Below are positions 1 through 8,518 of a stretch of 37,931 bases of DNA, one piece after another. The stretch's first letter is position 1; every line of letters starts with the position of its first letter. A program made the translations under genes and the position numbers. Source of the stretch: an uncultured Phycisphaerales bacterium (lineage in GTDB: Bacteria; Planctomycetota; Phycisphaerae; Phycisphaerales; SM1A02); NCBI GenBank assembly GCA_938084645.1, contig CALKEP010000014.1:1-37931 (forward strand). Reading direction: 5' to 3'. Below the pieces are notes generated by a model. That model made no database searches. It was given only the letters and a program-made list of their open reading frames with translations, and had not been told where the DNA came from.

Positions 1-35
1 CCCCGCCGGATTCTGGTCGATCTCCGTCCGCCGGC

Positions 36-986
36 TCAGGCGAGGTCGGGGAACATCTCGGTCACGGTCCCGACGAGGTCCTTCACGTGACTGATGGACT
101 CGTCCATCAGGGGCCGCTCGGTCGCGTCGAGATCGATTTCGATGACCTTCTCGACCCCACCGCTGCCGAGGATGCAGGGCACCCCGACGAAGTAGCCACC
201 GACGCCGTATTCGGAGTCGCAGTAGGCGGCACAGGGAAGAATCCGCTTCTTGTCCTTGATGATCGCCTCCGCCATCTGGACCGAACCGGACGCCGGCGCG
301 TAGTAGGCGCTGGTCCCCATCAGCTTCACGATCTCACCACCGCCGACCTTCGCACGGTCCACGCACTCGGTGATCTCGGCCTCGGAGAGCAGCTGGCTCA
401 CGGGAATCCCGTGGACCGAGGTGTATCGCGGAAGCGGAACCATGTCGTCACCGTGGCCACCCAGCAGGAGCGCCGAGATGTCCTCGACCGAGCACCCGAG
501 CTTCATGGCCAGGAAGGCGCGGTATCGCGCGACGTCGAGGCAGCCCGCCTGACCGACGATCTGGTTGGTGGGGAAACCGGACGACTTCCAGGCCGTGTAG
601 ACCATCGCGTCGAGCGGATTCGAAACCAGGATCATGATCGAGTTCGGGGAGTGCTTCGCGACCTGCTCCGAGACGGACCGAACGATCTTGACGTTCGTAC
701 CGATGAGATCGTCCCGGCTCATGCCCGGCTTGCGAGGCAGGCCGGCGGTCACGATCACCACATCGCTGTCGGCGGTGTCGGCATAGTCGGAAGTGCCGTG
801 GACGTTCGCATCGAAGCGTTCCATCGGACTGCAGCAGAAGAGATCGAGGGCCTTGCCCTTGGCGACGCCTTCCTTGTCCGGGATGTCGAGCAGAACGACG
901 TCACCGAGTTCCTTGGCGGCCGCCCAGTGGGCACAGGTCGCACCGACGTTTCCAGCGCCGATGACACTGATCTTCGCGCGTCGCAT
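36..986 (-). CDS. mdh: malate dehydrogenase (LDH-like, NAD-dependent)
   Basis: Motifs: IGAGNVG Rossmann, TAGLPRKPGMSRDDL substrate loop, VSNPLD, LDVARY, LGGHGD catalytic His, SAYYAP. Start placed at ATG 986 (MRRAKISVIG); in-frame ATG at 998 is an alternative. Confidence 0.96.
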   Translation of the reverse strand: MRRAKISVIGAGNVGATCAHWAAAKELGDVVLLDIPDKEGVAKGKALDLFCCSPMERFDANVHGTSDYADTADSDVVIVTAGLPRKPGMSRDDLIGTNVKIVRSVSEQVAKHSPNSIMILVSNPLDAMVYTAWKSSGFPTNQIVGQAGCLDVARYRAFLAMKLGCSVEDISALLLGGHGDDMVPLPRYTSVHGIPVSQLLSEAEITECVDRAKVGGGEIVKLMGTSAYYAPASGSVQMAEAIIKDKKRILPCAAYCDSEYGVGGYFVGVPCILGSGGVEKVIEIDLDATERPLMDESISHVKDLVGTVTEMFPDLA

Positions 987-1237
987 GATTTGAAGCATCT
1001 CCAGAGACTTGAGGCCACGACGAATCCAGGTTCGTCGGGGCGGGATCGAAATCGGCCGCAGCCGGGAATCCGAAACAGCCGGTTGGCTGATTCAGGGCGA
1101 GTCGGGCATGATACGGCCCCCGCCCTCCTGCGGTCCCCTGATGCCGATCAGATCCCCGGATCCCACCCGGGAGTCGGAATTTCCGGCCTCAGGCCGCCGA
1201 AAGTCACTGCAACCAGCGTCTCGAGCAGCCTCCTCCG

Positions 1238-2443
1238 ATGCCGTCAGCCACTCGTCATTCTCGCGTGATCCCCCCTCGGGAGAGTCGGCGGATCCTGCTC
1301 GCCGCACAAGGCCTGTCGAAACCGCCCGCGGCCCGGTCCGGACCGGCCTCGGTCCAGCGATTGATCGAGCGACTCGGGTTCGTGCAGGTCGACTCCATCA
1401 ACGTGCTCGAACGAGCCCACCACCTGATCCTCCAGACTCGCCTGGAGTCGTATCGCCCCGAGACCCTCACCCGCCTCCTGGAGAAGGACCGGTCGCTCTT
1501 CGAACATTGGACCCATGATGCCAGCCTGATCCCGACCCGCTGGTTCGAACACTGGAAGCCTCGTTTCGCCCGATACGCCGATCGCGTCGACCGAAACGAC
1601 TGGTGGCACGAACGACTGGGCGGCGATCCCGCGCCGTTGTTGGCGCGAATCCATCGGCGAGTCCGGAAGACCGGCCCGCTCCGCGGCCGCGACCTCGAAG
1701 ACGAACGGTCCGAAGACGGTGGTGGCGGGTGGTGGAACTGGCACCCCGGAAAGGCGGCCTTGGAACACCTCTGGCGATCCGGGCGACTCTCGATCGCCGG
1801 ACGAACACGATTCGAGAAGATCTACGACCTGACGGAGCGGGTCCATCCCGAGCCCCATGCCCGCCGAAGCCCGTCATCCCCGGTCCACATCGAATGGGCC
1901 TGCCGAACCGCGCTCGAGCGACTGGGGGTGGCGACCGCGAACGAGGTGGCCGCGTTCTGGAACTCGATCGCCACGGTGGATGCCCGAGCGTGGTGTGATG
2001 CCGCGGTCGCTCGTGGTGAACTCGAAGGTGTCCTGCTGCAGGATCTCGACGGCCGGAACCGCGCGGCCTACGCCACCGACGAGTCGCGCCGGCTCGCGAA
2101 GATCGTTCCCTGGGACGATGCCGTTCGCACGCTCTGCCCGTTCGATCCGGTGATCCGCGACCGAAAGCGGATCCAGCGACGCTTCGGTTTCGACTACCGC
2201 TTCGAGGCCTTCGTGCCCGAAGCCAAGCGGCAGTACGGCTACTACACCCTTCCCCTGCTTCGCGGCGATCGATTCCTCGGTCGCATCGATCCGAAGTTCG
2301 ATCGCGGAAACGACGTGCTTCTGGTCCGTGGACCGTGGTGGGAGCCCGCCTGCGACACCCGGGCCCACCGGCGGCTGCTGGACATCGCCGTGAATCGACT
2401 CGCGGCGCAGATCGGTGCCGCCTCGTGGCAGTTCATCGGCTGA
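1238..2443 (+). CDS. ycaQ: YcaQ/AlkZ-family winged-helix DNA glycosylase (interstrand crosslink repair, HTH_42)
   Basis: LGFVQVDSINVLERAH (QxD catalytic motif), FEHWTHDASLIP, and C-terminal LCPFDPVIRDR..RFGFDYRFEAFVPEAKRQYGYYTLPLL..GRID, all typical of YcaQ-like proteins. Confidence 0.88.
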   Translation: MPSATRHSRVIPPRESRRILLAAQGLSKPPAARSGPASVQRLIERLGFVQVDSINVLERAHHLILQTRLESYRPETLTRLLEKDRSLFEHWTHDASLIPTRWFEHWKPRFARYADRVDRNDWWHERLGGDPAPLLARIHRRVRKTGPLRGRDLEDERSEDGGGGWWNWHPGKAALEHLWRSGRLSIAGRTRFEKIYDLTERVHPEPHARRSPSSPVHIEWACRTALERLGVATANEVAAFWNSIATVDARAWCDAAVARGELEGVLLQDLDGRNRAAYATDESRRLAKIVPWDDAVRTLCPFDPVIRDRKRIQRRFGFDYRFEAFVPEAKRQYGYYTLPLLRGDRFLGRIDPKFDRGNDVLLVRGPWWEPACDTRAHRRLLDIAVNRLAAQIGAASWQFIG

Positions 2444-2470
2444 CGGCGCGTGCCCTGATCTTGCCCCCGT

Positions 2471-3022
2471 TCAACGCCCCCGAACCGCCGGATGCGAACG
2501 ATGTCCGATTCGGACGCCGATCGCGATCGCCACCGGGCCGAGCACGAGCGACACCCCGATCAGCATCACCGCCGACCAGGGCGAGCCGTCGTCCCAGAGG
2601 CGGATGACCTCGAGACACAGGCTCGAGTAGGTCGTGAACGCACCCAGCGAACCGCCGATCACCGCGGCCGCGAGCACCGGATGGACCGGGTGACGTCCGG
2701 GCTCGTAACCGGGGGGAAGGTCGATGTCGATCAGACTTGGAAACCGCGCGTCGACCCGGGTGAACAGGTATCCGAGCAGGAAGGAACCCAGGAGATTGAC
2801 GAAGAGCAAGGCACCCACCATCGCGCCCCCGAGCTCGATCGCGAGGTGCTGGACGCCCCACCGCATCACCGCGCCCACCGCACCGCCGATCGCGACCAAC
2901 GGCAGGAGCGAGAGGATCGACAAGCGTCGGACCAGGCCCGCTTCGACGTCCGCCTGCACGGCGGAATCCGACGCGGTACGGGCCCCGGATCGATCATCAG
3001 GACGCGGGTCGAGGCTCGTCAT
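2471..3022 (-). CDS. crcB: Fluc/CrcB fluoride channel subunit (second of pair)
   Basis: AIGGAVGAVMR, VNLLGSFLLG, GGSLGAFTTYSS and four hydrophobic segments. ATG 3022 overlaps the upstream crcB stop (ATGA), so the track start at 3124 is rejected. Confidence 0.85.
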   Translation of the reverse strand: MTSLDPRPDDRSGARTASDSAVQADVEAGLVRRLSILSLLPLVAIGGAVGAVMRWGVQHLAIELGGAMVGALLFVNLLGSFLLGYLFTRVDARFPSLIDIDLPPGYEPGRHPVHPVLAAAVIGGSLGAFTTYSSLCLEVIRLWDDGSPWSAVMLIGVSLVLGPVAIAIGVRIGHRSHPAVRGR

Positions 3023-3456
3023 GCGCCACCCCCCCACGCCAGACCGATCGCGAGCGCCACGATCGCGGCGATCGGCGTGCCCACCAGCGAGATGATCGAC
3101 TTGACCACATGCCCCGAACGCCACAGCACCCAGGTGTCGAGCATCGCGGTCGAGAAGGTCGTGAATCCACCGAGGAGGCCGGTGAGCAGAATCAGCTTGG
3201 TGTCCGTGACGCCGGCCGAATTCGTGGGCAGCACGGTGTCGATCCAGCGAACCAGCGGAAGATCAGCCGCGTCCGCCGAAGCGAGAATCGCGGCAGCGAT
3301 CCCGATGAGCAGGCAGCCCACGATGTTGACCACCATGATCCCGATCCAGAACGGCACGCGAAGATGAGTGGCGGCCGCGATCGTGAGCAGGACTCGAAGC
3401 GTCGCACCCGTCGCCCCACCGATCGCCACGAGGAGGATTTCAACGAGCCAGACCAT
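3019..3456 (-). CDS. crcB: Fluc/CrcB fluoride channel subunit (first of pair)
   Basis: AIGGATGATLR, VNIVGCLLIG, TGLLGGFTTFST; four TM segments. Confidence 0.9.
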   Translation of the reverse strand: MVWLVEILLVAIGGATGATLRVLLTIAAATHLRVPFWIGIMVVNIVGCLLIGIAAAILASADAADLPLVRWIDTVLPTNSAGVTDTKLILLTGLLGGFTTFSTAMLDTWVLWRSGHVVKSIISLVGTPIAAIVALAIGLAWGGGA

Positions 3457-3468
3457 GTCGGGATGCTA
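3457..3468 (-). promoter_or_regulatory. putative -10 element for a leaderless crcB transcript
   Basis: Minus strand reads TAGCAT-CCCGAC-ATG (6-nt gap), with no SD. Confidence 0.5.
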
Positions 3469-3511
3469 CCGCGGAACGACGCCGCGACCGACGACGAGTT
3501 CGATGCCGTCC

Positions 3512-4840
3512 TCAGCCCGATCCGACGATCGCGGATGCGATCGCGGCGGTGCTCCAGCAAGCAAGCGCCCCGGCGAACATCGCCCGCGGGGCGAGCGAAG
3601 AGAAGTCCGCGCGACGGCTCGGCGCGATCGCTCCGAGGCCGCCGATCTGGATCGCCATCGAGGGGATGTTCGCGAAACCGCACAAGGCGTAGGTGACCAC
3701 GGTCACCCCACGGGGTGAGATCGTGCCGTCCGCGATCATCGTGCGGAGATCGGCATACGCCACGAACTCCGTCGCGACGATGGAGGTCCCGAGCAGGCGT
3801 CCGATCTGGGAGACATCGCCCGCGGGGGCTCCGATGCACCACGCGATCGGCTGGAAGAGGATTCCGAGTCCCCCCTGCACGCTCCAGGGGCCATACCCGT
3901 GGGTCGCCCGCCATCCCGCGATCCACTCGGTCTCGGAGAGCGCTCCCAGTGGCCAGTCGAGCAGGGCGAGGATCGCGATGAACGCGACGAGCATCGCCCC
4001 GACGTTCAGCGCCAGCTTGAGTCCGTCCGTCGCGCCGATGACCACCGCGTCGAGCACGTTGCTCGCCTTGCGCTCCTCGATCGGCTGGGCCGAGATCGTC
4101 TCCGGTGGTTCGGCTTCGGTCTCGGGCAGCATCAACTTCGCCATCACGAACGCCGCGGGTGCGGACATGATCGACGCGGTCAGAAGATGTTTCGCGAAAC
4201 GGACTCGGGCCGCCTCGTCGGTGCCTCCGAGGAAATCGACGTACCCCGCCAGCACGCTGCCCGCGATGGTCGCGAATCCGCCGGTCATGACCACCATCAA
4301 CTGGGACCTGGTCATCCGCGGCAGGAACGGTTTCACGCAGAGCGGCGCCTCGGTCTGACCCACCAGCACGTTGGCGGCGACCGTCAACGACTCCGCACCC
4401 GAGACGCCGAGCGTTCGACGCATCACCCATGCCATGCCGGCGACCACCCGCTGCATGATGCCGAGGTGGTAGAGCGCTCCCATGACCGCGGCGAAGTACA
4501 CGATGACCGGAAGCACGCGAAAGGCGAAGACGAAGCCGGCCGGTCCATCCGGCGCCGCCAACGGGCCGAACAGGAAGGCCGAACCCGCATCCGCCATCCC
4601 GATCGCGGTCGCGACCTGCCGGGCGAGCCATTCGAACGCGGCGGCGGTCGCCGGAACGCCGAGGATGAGACCGGCGAGCACCAGCTGAAGCCCGAGCCCC
4701 CCGATCACCACCCGCCACGGAACCCGCCGACGGTTCGACGAACAGGCCCACGCGATGAGACACAGGACCGCGACGCCGATCACCGCCCGAAGGGGTTCGA
4801 CGAGGGTCCAACCGGTATCGATGGGGATCGGAGCCTGCAT
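3512..4840 (-). CDS. nupC: concentrative nucleoside transporter (CNT, NupC/NupG family)
   Basis: FAFRVLPVIVYF, SGAESL..AANVLVGQTEAPL, MTGGFATIAGSV, LLTASIMSAPA, GATDG, EFVAY, YALCGFANI.S..IQIGG: hallmark CNT motifs. Confidence 0.93.
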   Translation of the reverse strand: MQAPIPIDTGWTLVEPLRAVIGVAVLCLIAWACSSNRRRVPWRVVIGGLGLQLVLAGLILGVPATAAAFEWLARQVATAIGMADAGSAFLFGPLAAPDGPAGFVFAFRVLPVIVYFAAVMGALYHLGIMQRVVAGMAWVMRRTLGVSGAESLTVAANVLVGQTEAPLCVKPFLPRMTRSQLMVVMTGGFATIAGSVLAGYVDFLGGTDEAARVRFAKHLLTASIMSAPAAFVMAKLMLPETEAEPPETISAQPIEERKASNVLDAVVIGATDGLKLALNVGAMLVAFIAILALLDWPLGALSETEWIAGWRATHGYGPWSVQGGLGILFQPIAWCIGAPAGDVSQIGRLLGTSIVATEFVAYADLRTMIADGTISPRGVTVVTYALCGFANIPSMAIQIGGLGAIAPSRRADFSSLAPRAMFAGALACWSTAAIASAIVGSG

Positions 4841-4852
4841 CGGACGAGATTA
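4841..4852 (-). promoter_or_regulatory. putative -10 element for a leaderless nupC transcript
   Basis: Minus strand reads TAATCT-CGTCCG-ATG (6-nt gap), with no SD. Confidence 0.5.
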
Positions 4853-4895
4853 GAACAGATCCCCCGGCCGACGAATCGATCGGCGACGACCGGCC

Positions 4896-5474
4896 TCAGG
4901 GAACGGACCGAACCACCGCATCCAGGGGCGGACGAGCGATCGGCGCGGGAGGATCCGCGACACCGGCCCAGAGGAATCCGATCACCTCGAAGGCGCCGGG
5001 GTCGAGCCCCAGCAATCCGTACATCCGCAGGTCGCGGGTGATGCCACCCGTGGACCACTTGCCGGAAATGCCTTCGCCGGCGAGGGACACGAAGAAGTTC
5101 TGGATCGCGCAACAGCAGGCGGCGTAGTCCTCCCGGCTTCTGAAGGGATCCGCGTTCCGAATCTGGCATGCCACCACCAGCTCGGGCGGGGCCATCGTCT
5201 TGTCATGGACGCGTCTCGCATCCGCCTCGGAAAGCGGGCGCTGCTCCGCCTTGATCCGCACCGCGAGCTGCGCCGTGGCGGCACGCCCCTGCGGACCGAC
5301 CCGGATGAACCGCCACGGGAAGGTCAGCTTGTGGCTGGGTGCATGGTTCGCCGCATGCAACGCTCGTTCCATCGATCGGTGATCGACCGGGAGATCCCGA
5401 TAGGCGTGGGCGGTTCTTCGCGCGATGATCGATTCGTACGCGGTGAGAGACGGAGCGTGATCACTGGTGTTCAT
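4896..5474 (-). CDS. nitroreductase family protein (YdjA-like)
   Basis: IIARRTAHAY, AANHAPSHKLTFPWRF, EDYAA..CAIQN..LAGEGI..KWSTG. TAGAAT lies 9 nt upstream of the ATG. Confidence 0.88.
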   Translation of the reverse strand: MNTSDHAPSLTAYESIIARRTAHAYRDLPVDHRSMERALHAANHAPSHKLTFPWRFIRVGPQGRAATAQLAVRIKAEQRPLSEADARRVHDKTMAPPELVVACQIRNADPFRSREDYAACCCAIQNFFVSLAGEGISGKWSTGGITRDLRMYGLLGLDPGAFEVIGFLWAGVADPPAPIARPPLDAVVRSVP

Positions 5475-5538
5475 GGGCCTTGGATTCTAGTGACGCGGTC
5501 ACCTCGACGACCACCGCCGGACTCGTCATCATGCCTTC

Positions 5539-6060
5539 ATGGACGCATCACTCCAGACCAGGCATGCCGGACGATTTCTCGACTTCGTCGAACGCGACGG
5601 CTGGGAGTACGTCACCCGGTCGAACGCATCCGGCGTGGTCGCGATCGTCGCCCTCACCGACGACGACGAACTCGTGCTGGTCGAACAACACCGCCCCCCG
5701 CTCGGTCGTTCGGTCATCGAGATACCCGCCGGACTGGTCGGTGACCGGACGGGGGCGACGTCGGAGACCGATCTCGAGGCGGCGCGACGGGAGTTCCTCG
5801 AGGAGACCGGGTTCACCGCGGATCGATGGAGATCCCTGACGACCTGCGCGAGTTCCGGGGGAATGACCGACGAGTGCGTTCATCTCTTTCGCGCCGAAGG
5901 GCTTCGAAAGACCGATTCGGGAGGTGGGGTCGAGGGCGAACGAATCCGAGTGGCGCTGGTCCCGAGGCAAGATGTCCATCGGTGGATCCAGACCCGCATC
6001 AAGGATGGGCTGGCCGTCGATGCCAGGGTCTATGCCGCCCTTGCGATGCTGGACTTCTGA
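5539..6060 (+). CDS. Nudix hydrolase (ADP-ribose pyrophosphatase-like)
   Basis: VLVEQHRPP..EIPAGLVGD...E....AARREFLEETG Nudix box; SSGGMTDE. Confidence 0.9.
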   Translation: MDASLQTRHAGRFLDFVERDGWEYVTRSNASGVVAIVALTDDDELVLVEQHRPPLGRSVIEIPAGLVGDRTGATSETDLEAARREFLEETGFTADRWRSLTTCASSGGMTDECVHLFRAEGLRKTDSGGGVEGERIRVALVPRQDVHRWIQTRIKDGLAVDARVYAALAMLDF

Positions 6061-6104
6061 GATCGCGGCGATGATTCTCGTCGCGACCTCGAAACGGCAA
6101 CGGG

Positions 6105-6116
6105 TATTCTCCCGGC
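6105..6116 (+). promoter_or_regulatory. putative -10 element for a leaderless transcript
   Basis: TATTCT-CCCGGC-ATG (6-nt gap), with no SD. Confidence 0.5.
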
Positions 6117-7283
6117 ATGCCGACGCTTCCGGTCATCCTCGTCCTCCTCGCCCCCGCCCCATCGATTCCACCGGCTTCGCTGCCCCGGGATGCGCCGGAG
6201 ATCCATCCCGACCACGAACACGTCGTGATCGCCGCGGACTCGAACTTCGAAGCATGCGGTGTCGCGGACTTCGATCGCGACGGTGACCTCGACATCGTCT
6301 GCGGTGACGCGTGGTACGCATCACCCGACTGGACTCGACACCACATCGGCCTGATTCGAAGCGTGGGCGGATACCGAGTCGACTTCGCGGACGTGCCGAT
6401 GGACGTCGACGGTGACGGATGGATGGACGTCGTCTCCTGCAGTTGGCACGACCGCGGCGTCTTCTGGCGTCGCAACCCCGGCGAGACGGGCGGTGACTGG
6501 AAGATGCAGGTGATCGACCGACCGGGCAACATGGAGACCGCGATCGCCGCCGACGTCGATGGCGACGGGCGGCTGGACTTCCTTCCCAACACGGTGAATT
6601 CGACGGTGTGGTACTCCCTCGACGACGGAAGGCTGGTTCCGCACGTGATCTCGCCGGATCGGGGCGGCCATGGTGTCGGCGCGGGCGACGTGGATGGCGA
6701 CGGCCGGTCCGACATCCTCGGTCCGAATGGTTGGTTCGAAGCCCCCGAGAACGCACGTGAAGGTGTCTGGAGGTTCCACGACGAGTGGTCGCTCGGTGGT
6801 GCCGGCATCTCGATCATCGTCCACGACTTCGACGGCGACGGACTCGCCGACGTCTTCTGGGGGATGGGTCACGACTACGGCCTCTTCTGGCTGAAGCAGG
6901 GACGGGATGACACGGGAACTCGAACCTGGACGCGACGACTCGTCGACGATTCGTGGTCCCAGGCCCATGGCCTGGTTCTCGTCGATCTCGACGGGGACGG
7001 GACCTCCGAAGTCGTGACCGGCAAACGCCGACACGCGCACAACGGCAAGGATCCCGGGGGCGAAGACGAACTGCTGGTCTGTTCGTATCGATTCGATCCG
7101 GTCGAGGGCGGCTTCGCGAAGCAGGTGCTTTCCCGCGGCGGTGACGTCGGCGCCGGCCACTACCCCGTCGTCATCGACCTCGACGACGACGGAGATCTCG
7201 ACCTCGTCCTGCCGGGAAAGAGCGGCCTTCACCTGCTCCGAAATCGAAGGACGCCGGGCCAGCACGGGATGTCACGACCGTGA
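6117..7283 (+). CDS. secreted FG-GAP/VCBS repeat protein (Ca-binding beta-propeller)
   Basis: N-terminal hydrophobic signal-like stretch and seven DxDxDG repeats (DFDRDGDLD, DVDGDGWMD, DVDGDGRLD, DVDGDGRSD, DFDGDGLAD, DLDGDGTSE, DLDDDGDLD). Confidence 0.85.
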   Translation: MPTLPVILVLLAPAPSIPPASLPRDAPEIHPDHEHVVIAADSNFEACGVADFDRDGDLDIVCGDAWYASPDWTRHHIGLIRSVGGYRVDFADVPMDVDGDGWMDVVSCSWHDRGVFWRRNPGETGGDWKMQVIDRPGNMETAIAADVDGDGRLDFLPNTVNSTVWYSLDDGRLVPHVISPDRGGHGVGAGDVDGDGRSDILGPNGWFEAPENAREGVWRFHDEWSLGGAGISIIVHDFDGDGLADVFWGMGHDYGLFWLKQGRDDTGTRTWTRRLVDDSWSQAHGLVLVDLDGDGTSEVVTGKRRHAHNGKDPGGEDELLVCSYRFDPVEGGFAKQVLSRGGDVGAGHYPVVIDLDDDGDLDLVLPGKSGLHLLRNRRTPGQHGMSRP

Positions 7284-7323
7284 TCGCGGTGGCGCCACCG
7301 CCGGCCCGCGTGGCGAGGGTACG

Positions 7324-7358
7324 AAAACGCCCTCGATCACCAGACGTGACCGAGGGCG
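7324..7358 (-). terminator. intrinsic terminator of tRNA-Ile (may also serve the convergent FG-GAP gene)
   Basis: Minus strand CGCCCTCGGTCAC-GTCTG-GTGATCGAGGGCG-TTTT: a 13-bp stem followed by a U run. Confidence 0.75.
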
Positions 7359-7366
7359 AATTCGAA

Positions 7367-7440
7367 TGGGCCCAGGAGGACTCGAACCTCCGACCTCACC
7401 CTTATCAGGGGTGCGCTCTAGCCAGCTGAGCTATGAGCCC
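7367..7440 (-). tRNA. tRNA-Ile (anticodon GAU), CCA not encoded
   Basis: Reverse complement GGGCTCATAGCTCAGCTGGCTAGAGCGCACCCCTGATAAGGGTGAGGTCGGAGGTTCGAGTCCTCCTGGGCCCA folds as a cloverleaf. Anticodon loop CTGATAA, T-loop TTCGAGT; the next bases are TTC, not CCA. Confidence 0.97.
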
Positions 7441-7467
7441 CGAACACCCGGACGAGCCGGGCCGAAC

Positions 7468-7495
7468 AGTGTACCGGCTATTCCGCACGCGGCAA
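7468..7495 (-). promoter_or_regulatory. sigma70-type promoter for tRNA-Ile
   Basis: TTGCCG (7490-7495), 16 bp, TACACT (7468-7473), 27 nt upstream of the tRNA 5' end. Confidence 0.65.
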
Positions 7496-7540
7496 CCGTC
7501 TCGATCGGGCGGCAAACCTGAAAAACCGGCCCTCACGACA

Positions 7541-8518
7541 TCACCAAGCCCGAAGATCCCCGAGGAGCGGTTCGACGAGGTCCTTCAGCGTGATCACTCC
7601 GAGGGGTCGCCCGTCCGTGCCCTCCACGATGCCGATCGGCCGCCGATCGACCCGGAGCAATTCGAGCGCGGTCATCGCCGGGGTCTCCGGGCTGAATCGG
7701 ATCACGGCTCGATCCAGCACCTCGTCCGCGGGACGATTCCCCAGGAGAAGTTCCTGCACCGAAGCGATTCCGACCACGCGCCCGTCGCCCCCGAGCACCG
7801 GAAGCCGACTTCGACGCGTACGCCGCGCCAGCCGACTGGCATCCCGTTGGACCTCGGGTTCGGTGGTGGTGACCACCTGTCGCCACGGCGTCATCTCCCC
7901 GGCCACGGTCAGGCGCCGAAGCGACATGACCCGATCCGCGAGATCCAGTTGCTCCTCGGTCAACGCTCCCGACTCGGCGCTTTCTCGGAACAACCGTGAG
8001 ACCCGGGCACGGGCGGTGGGGTCGATGCCCTGGGGGCTTCGGATCACCGACTGGACGATCTTCGCGACGATGCCGAGCAGCGGCACCAATCCGAAGAACG
8101 TCAACACGCGACGGATCCAGACGAGGATCGGCGTGAACGCGAGCATCCACTGATCGGCTCGGGTGCGAAACAGGTCCTTTGGAATCGTCTCGCCGAAGAT
8201 GAACAACAGCGGCACCACGACCAGGGTGTTCAGAACCACGACCCACCAGTCGGAGACCACGAACATGCTGAGCACCGCGGCGACCCCGAGACTACCGGCG
8301 AAGTTCGCGGCGTTGTTCGCGATCAGCAGCGCCGAAAGCAGTCGTTCGGGCCGCTCGATCTCGGCCTCCAGCGCGGAGGCGTTTCGAACACCACGGCCCG
8401 ATCGCACCGCCAGGCGCACTCGGTCGACCACGTAGAGACCGGTCTCCAGTCCACTGAAGATCGCACTGCCGACGACACCGACCGCCGCGATGAGGATCGA
8501 AAGGACGAGGCCGGTCAT
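7541..8518 (-). CDS. CNNM/DUF21 + CBS domain protein (CorB/hemolysin-like metal transporter), no C-terminal CorC domain
   Basis: FSGLETG, LLIANNAANF, IFGETIPK (DUF21); CBS pair MTP..SRLPV..GVITLKDLVEPLLG. Start overlaps the upstream stop (ATGA). Confidence 0.87.
   Translation of the reverse strand: MTGLVLSILIAAVGVVGSAIFSGLETGLYVVDRVRLAVRSGRGVRNASALEAEIERPERLLSALLIANNAANFAGSLGVAAVLSMFVVSDWWVVVLNTLVVVPLLFIFGETIPKDLFRTRADQWMLAFTPILVWIRRVLTFFGLVPLLGIVAKIVQSVIRSPQGIDPTARARVSRLFRESAESGALTEEQLDLADRVMSLRRLTVAGEMTPWRQVVTTTEPEVQRDASRLARRTRRSRLPVLGGDGRVVGIASVQELLLGNRPADEVLDRAVIRFSPETPAMTALELLRVDRRPIGIVEGTDGRPLGVITLKDLVEPLLGDLRAW

Noticed and set aside
87..1268. 393-aa + strand ORF opposite mdh, and similar long antisense ORFs (15863-17446, 19626-21035, 28534-31182, 33110-34648)
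   Set aside because: Antisense shadows of well-supported genes. High-GC codon bias suppresses stops on the opposite strand, and the translations carry no motifs.
3457..3511. Fluoride riboswitch upstream of crcB
   Set aside because: The GGCGATGG..CGCC/..TGATG..CT consensus is not present in the 55-bp gap.
7284..7440. tRNA-Ile as an integration site or island boundary
   Set aside because: No integrase, no duplicated tRNA 3' end seen in the window, and no evident compositional shift.
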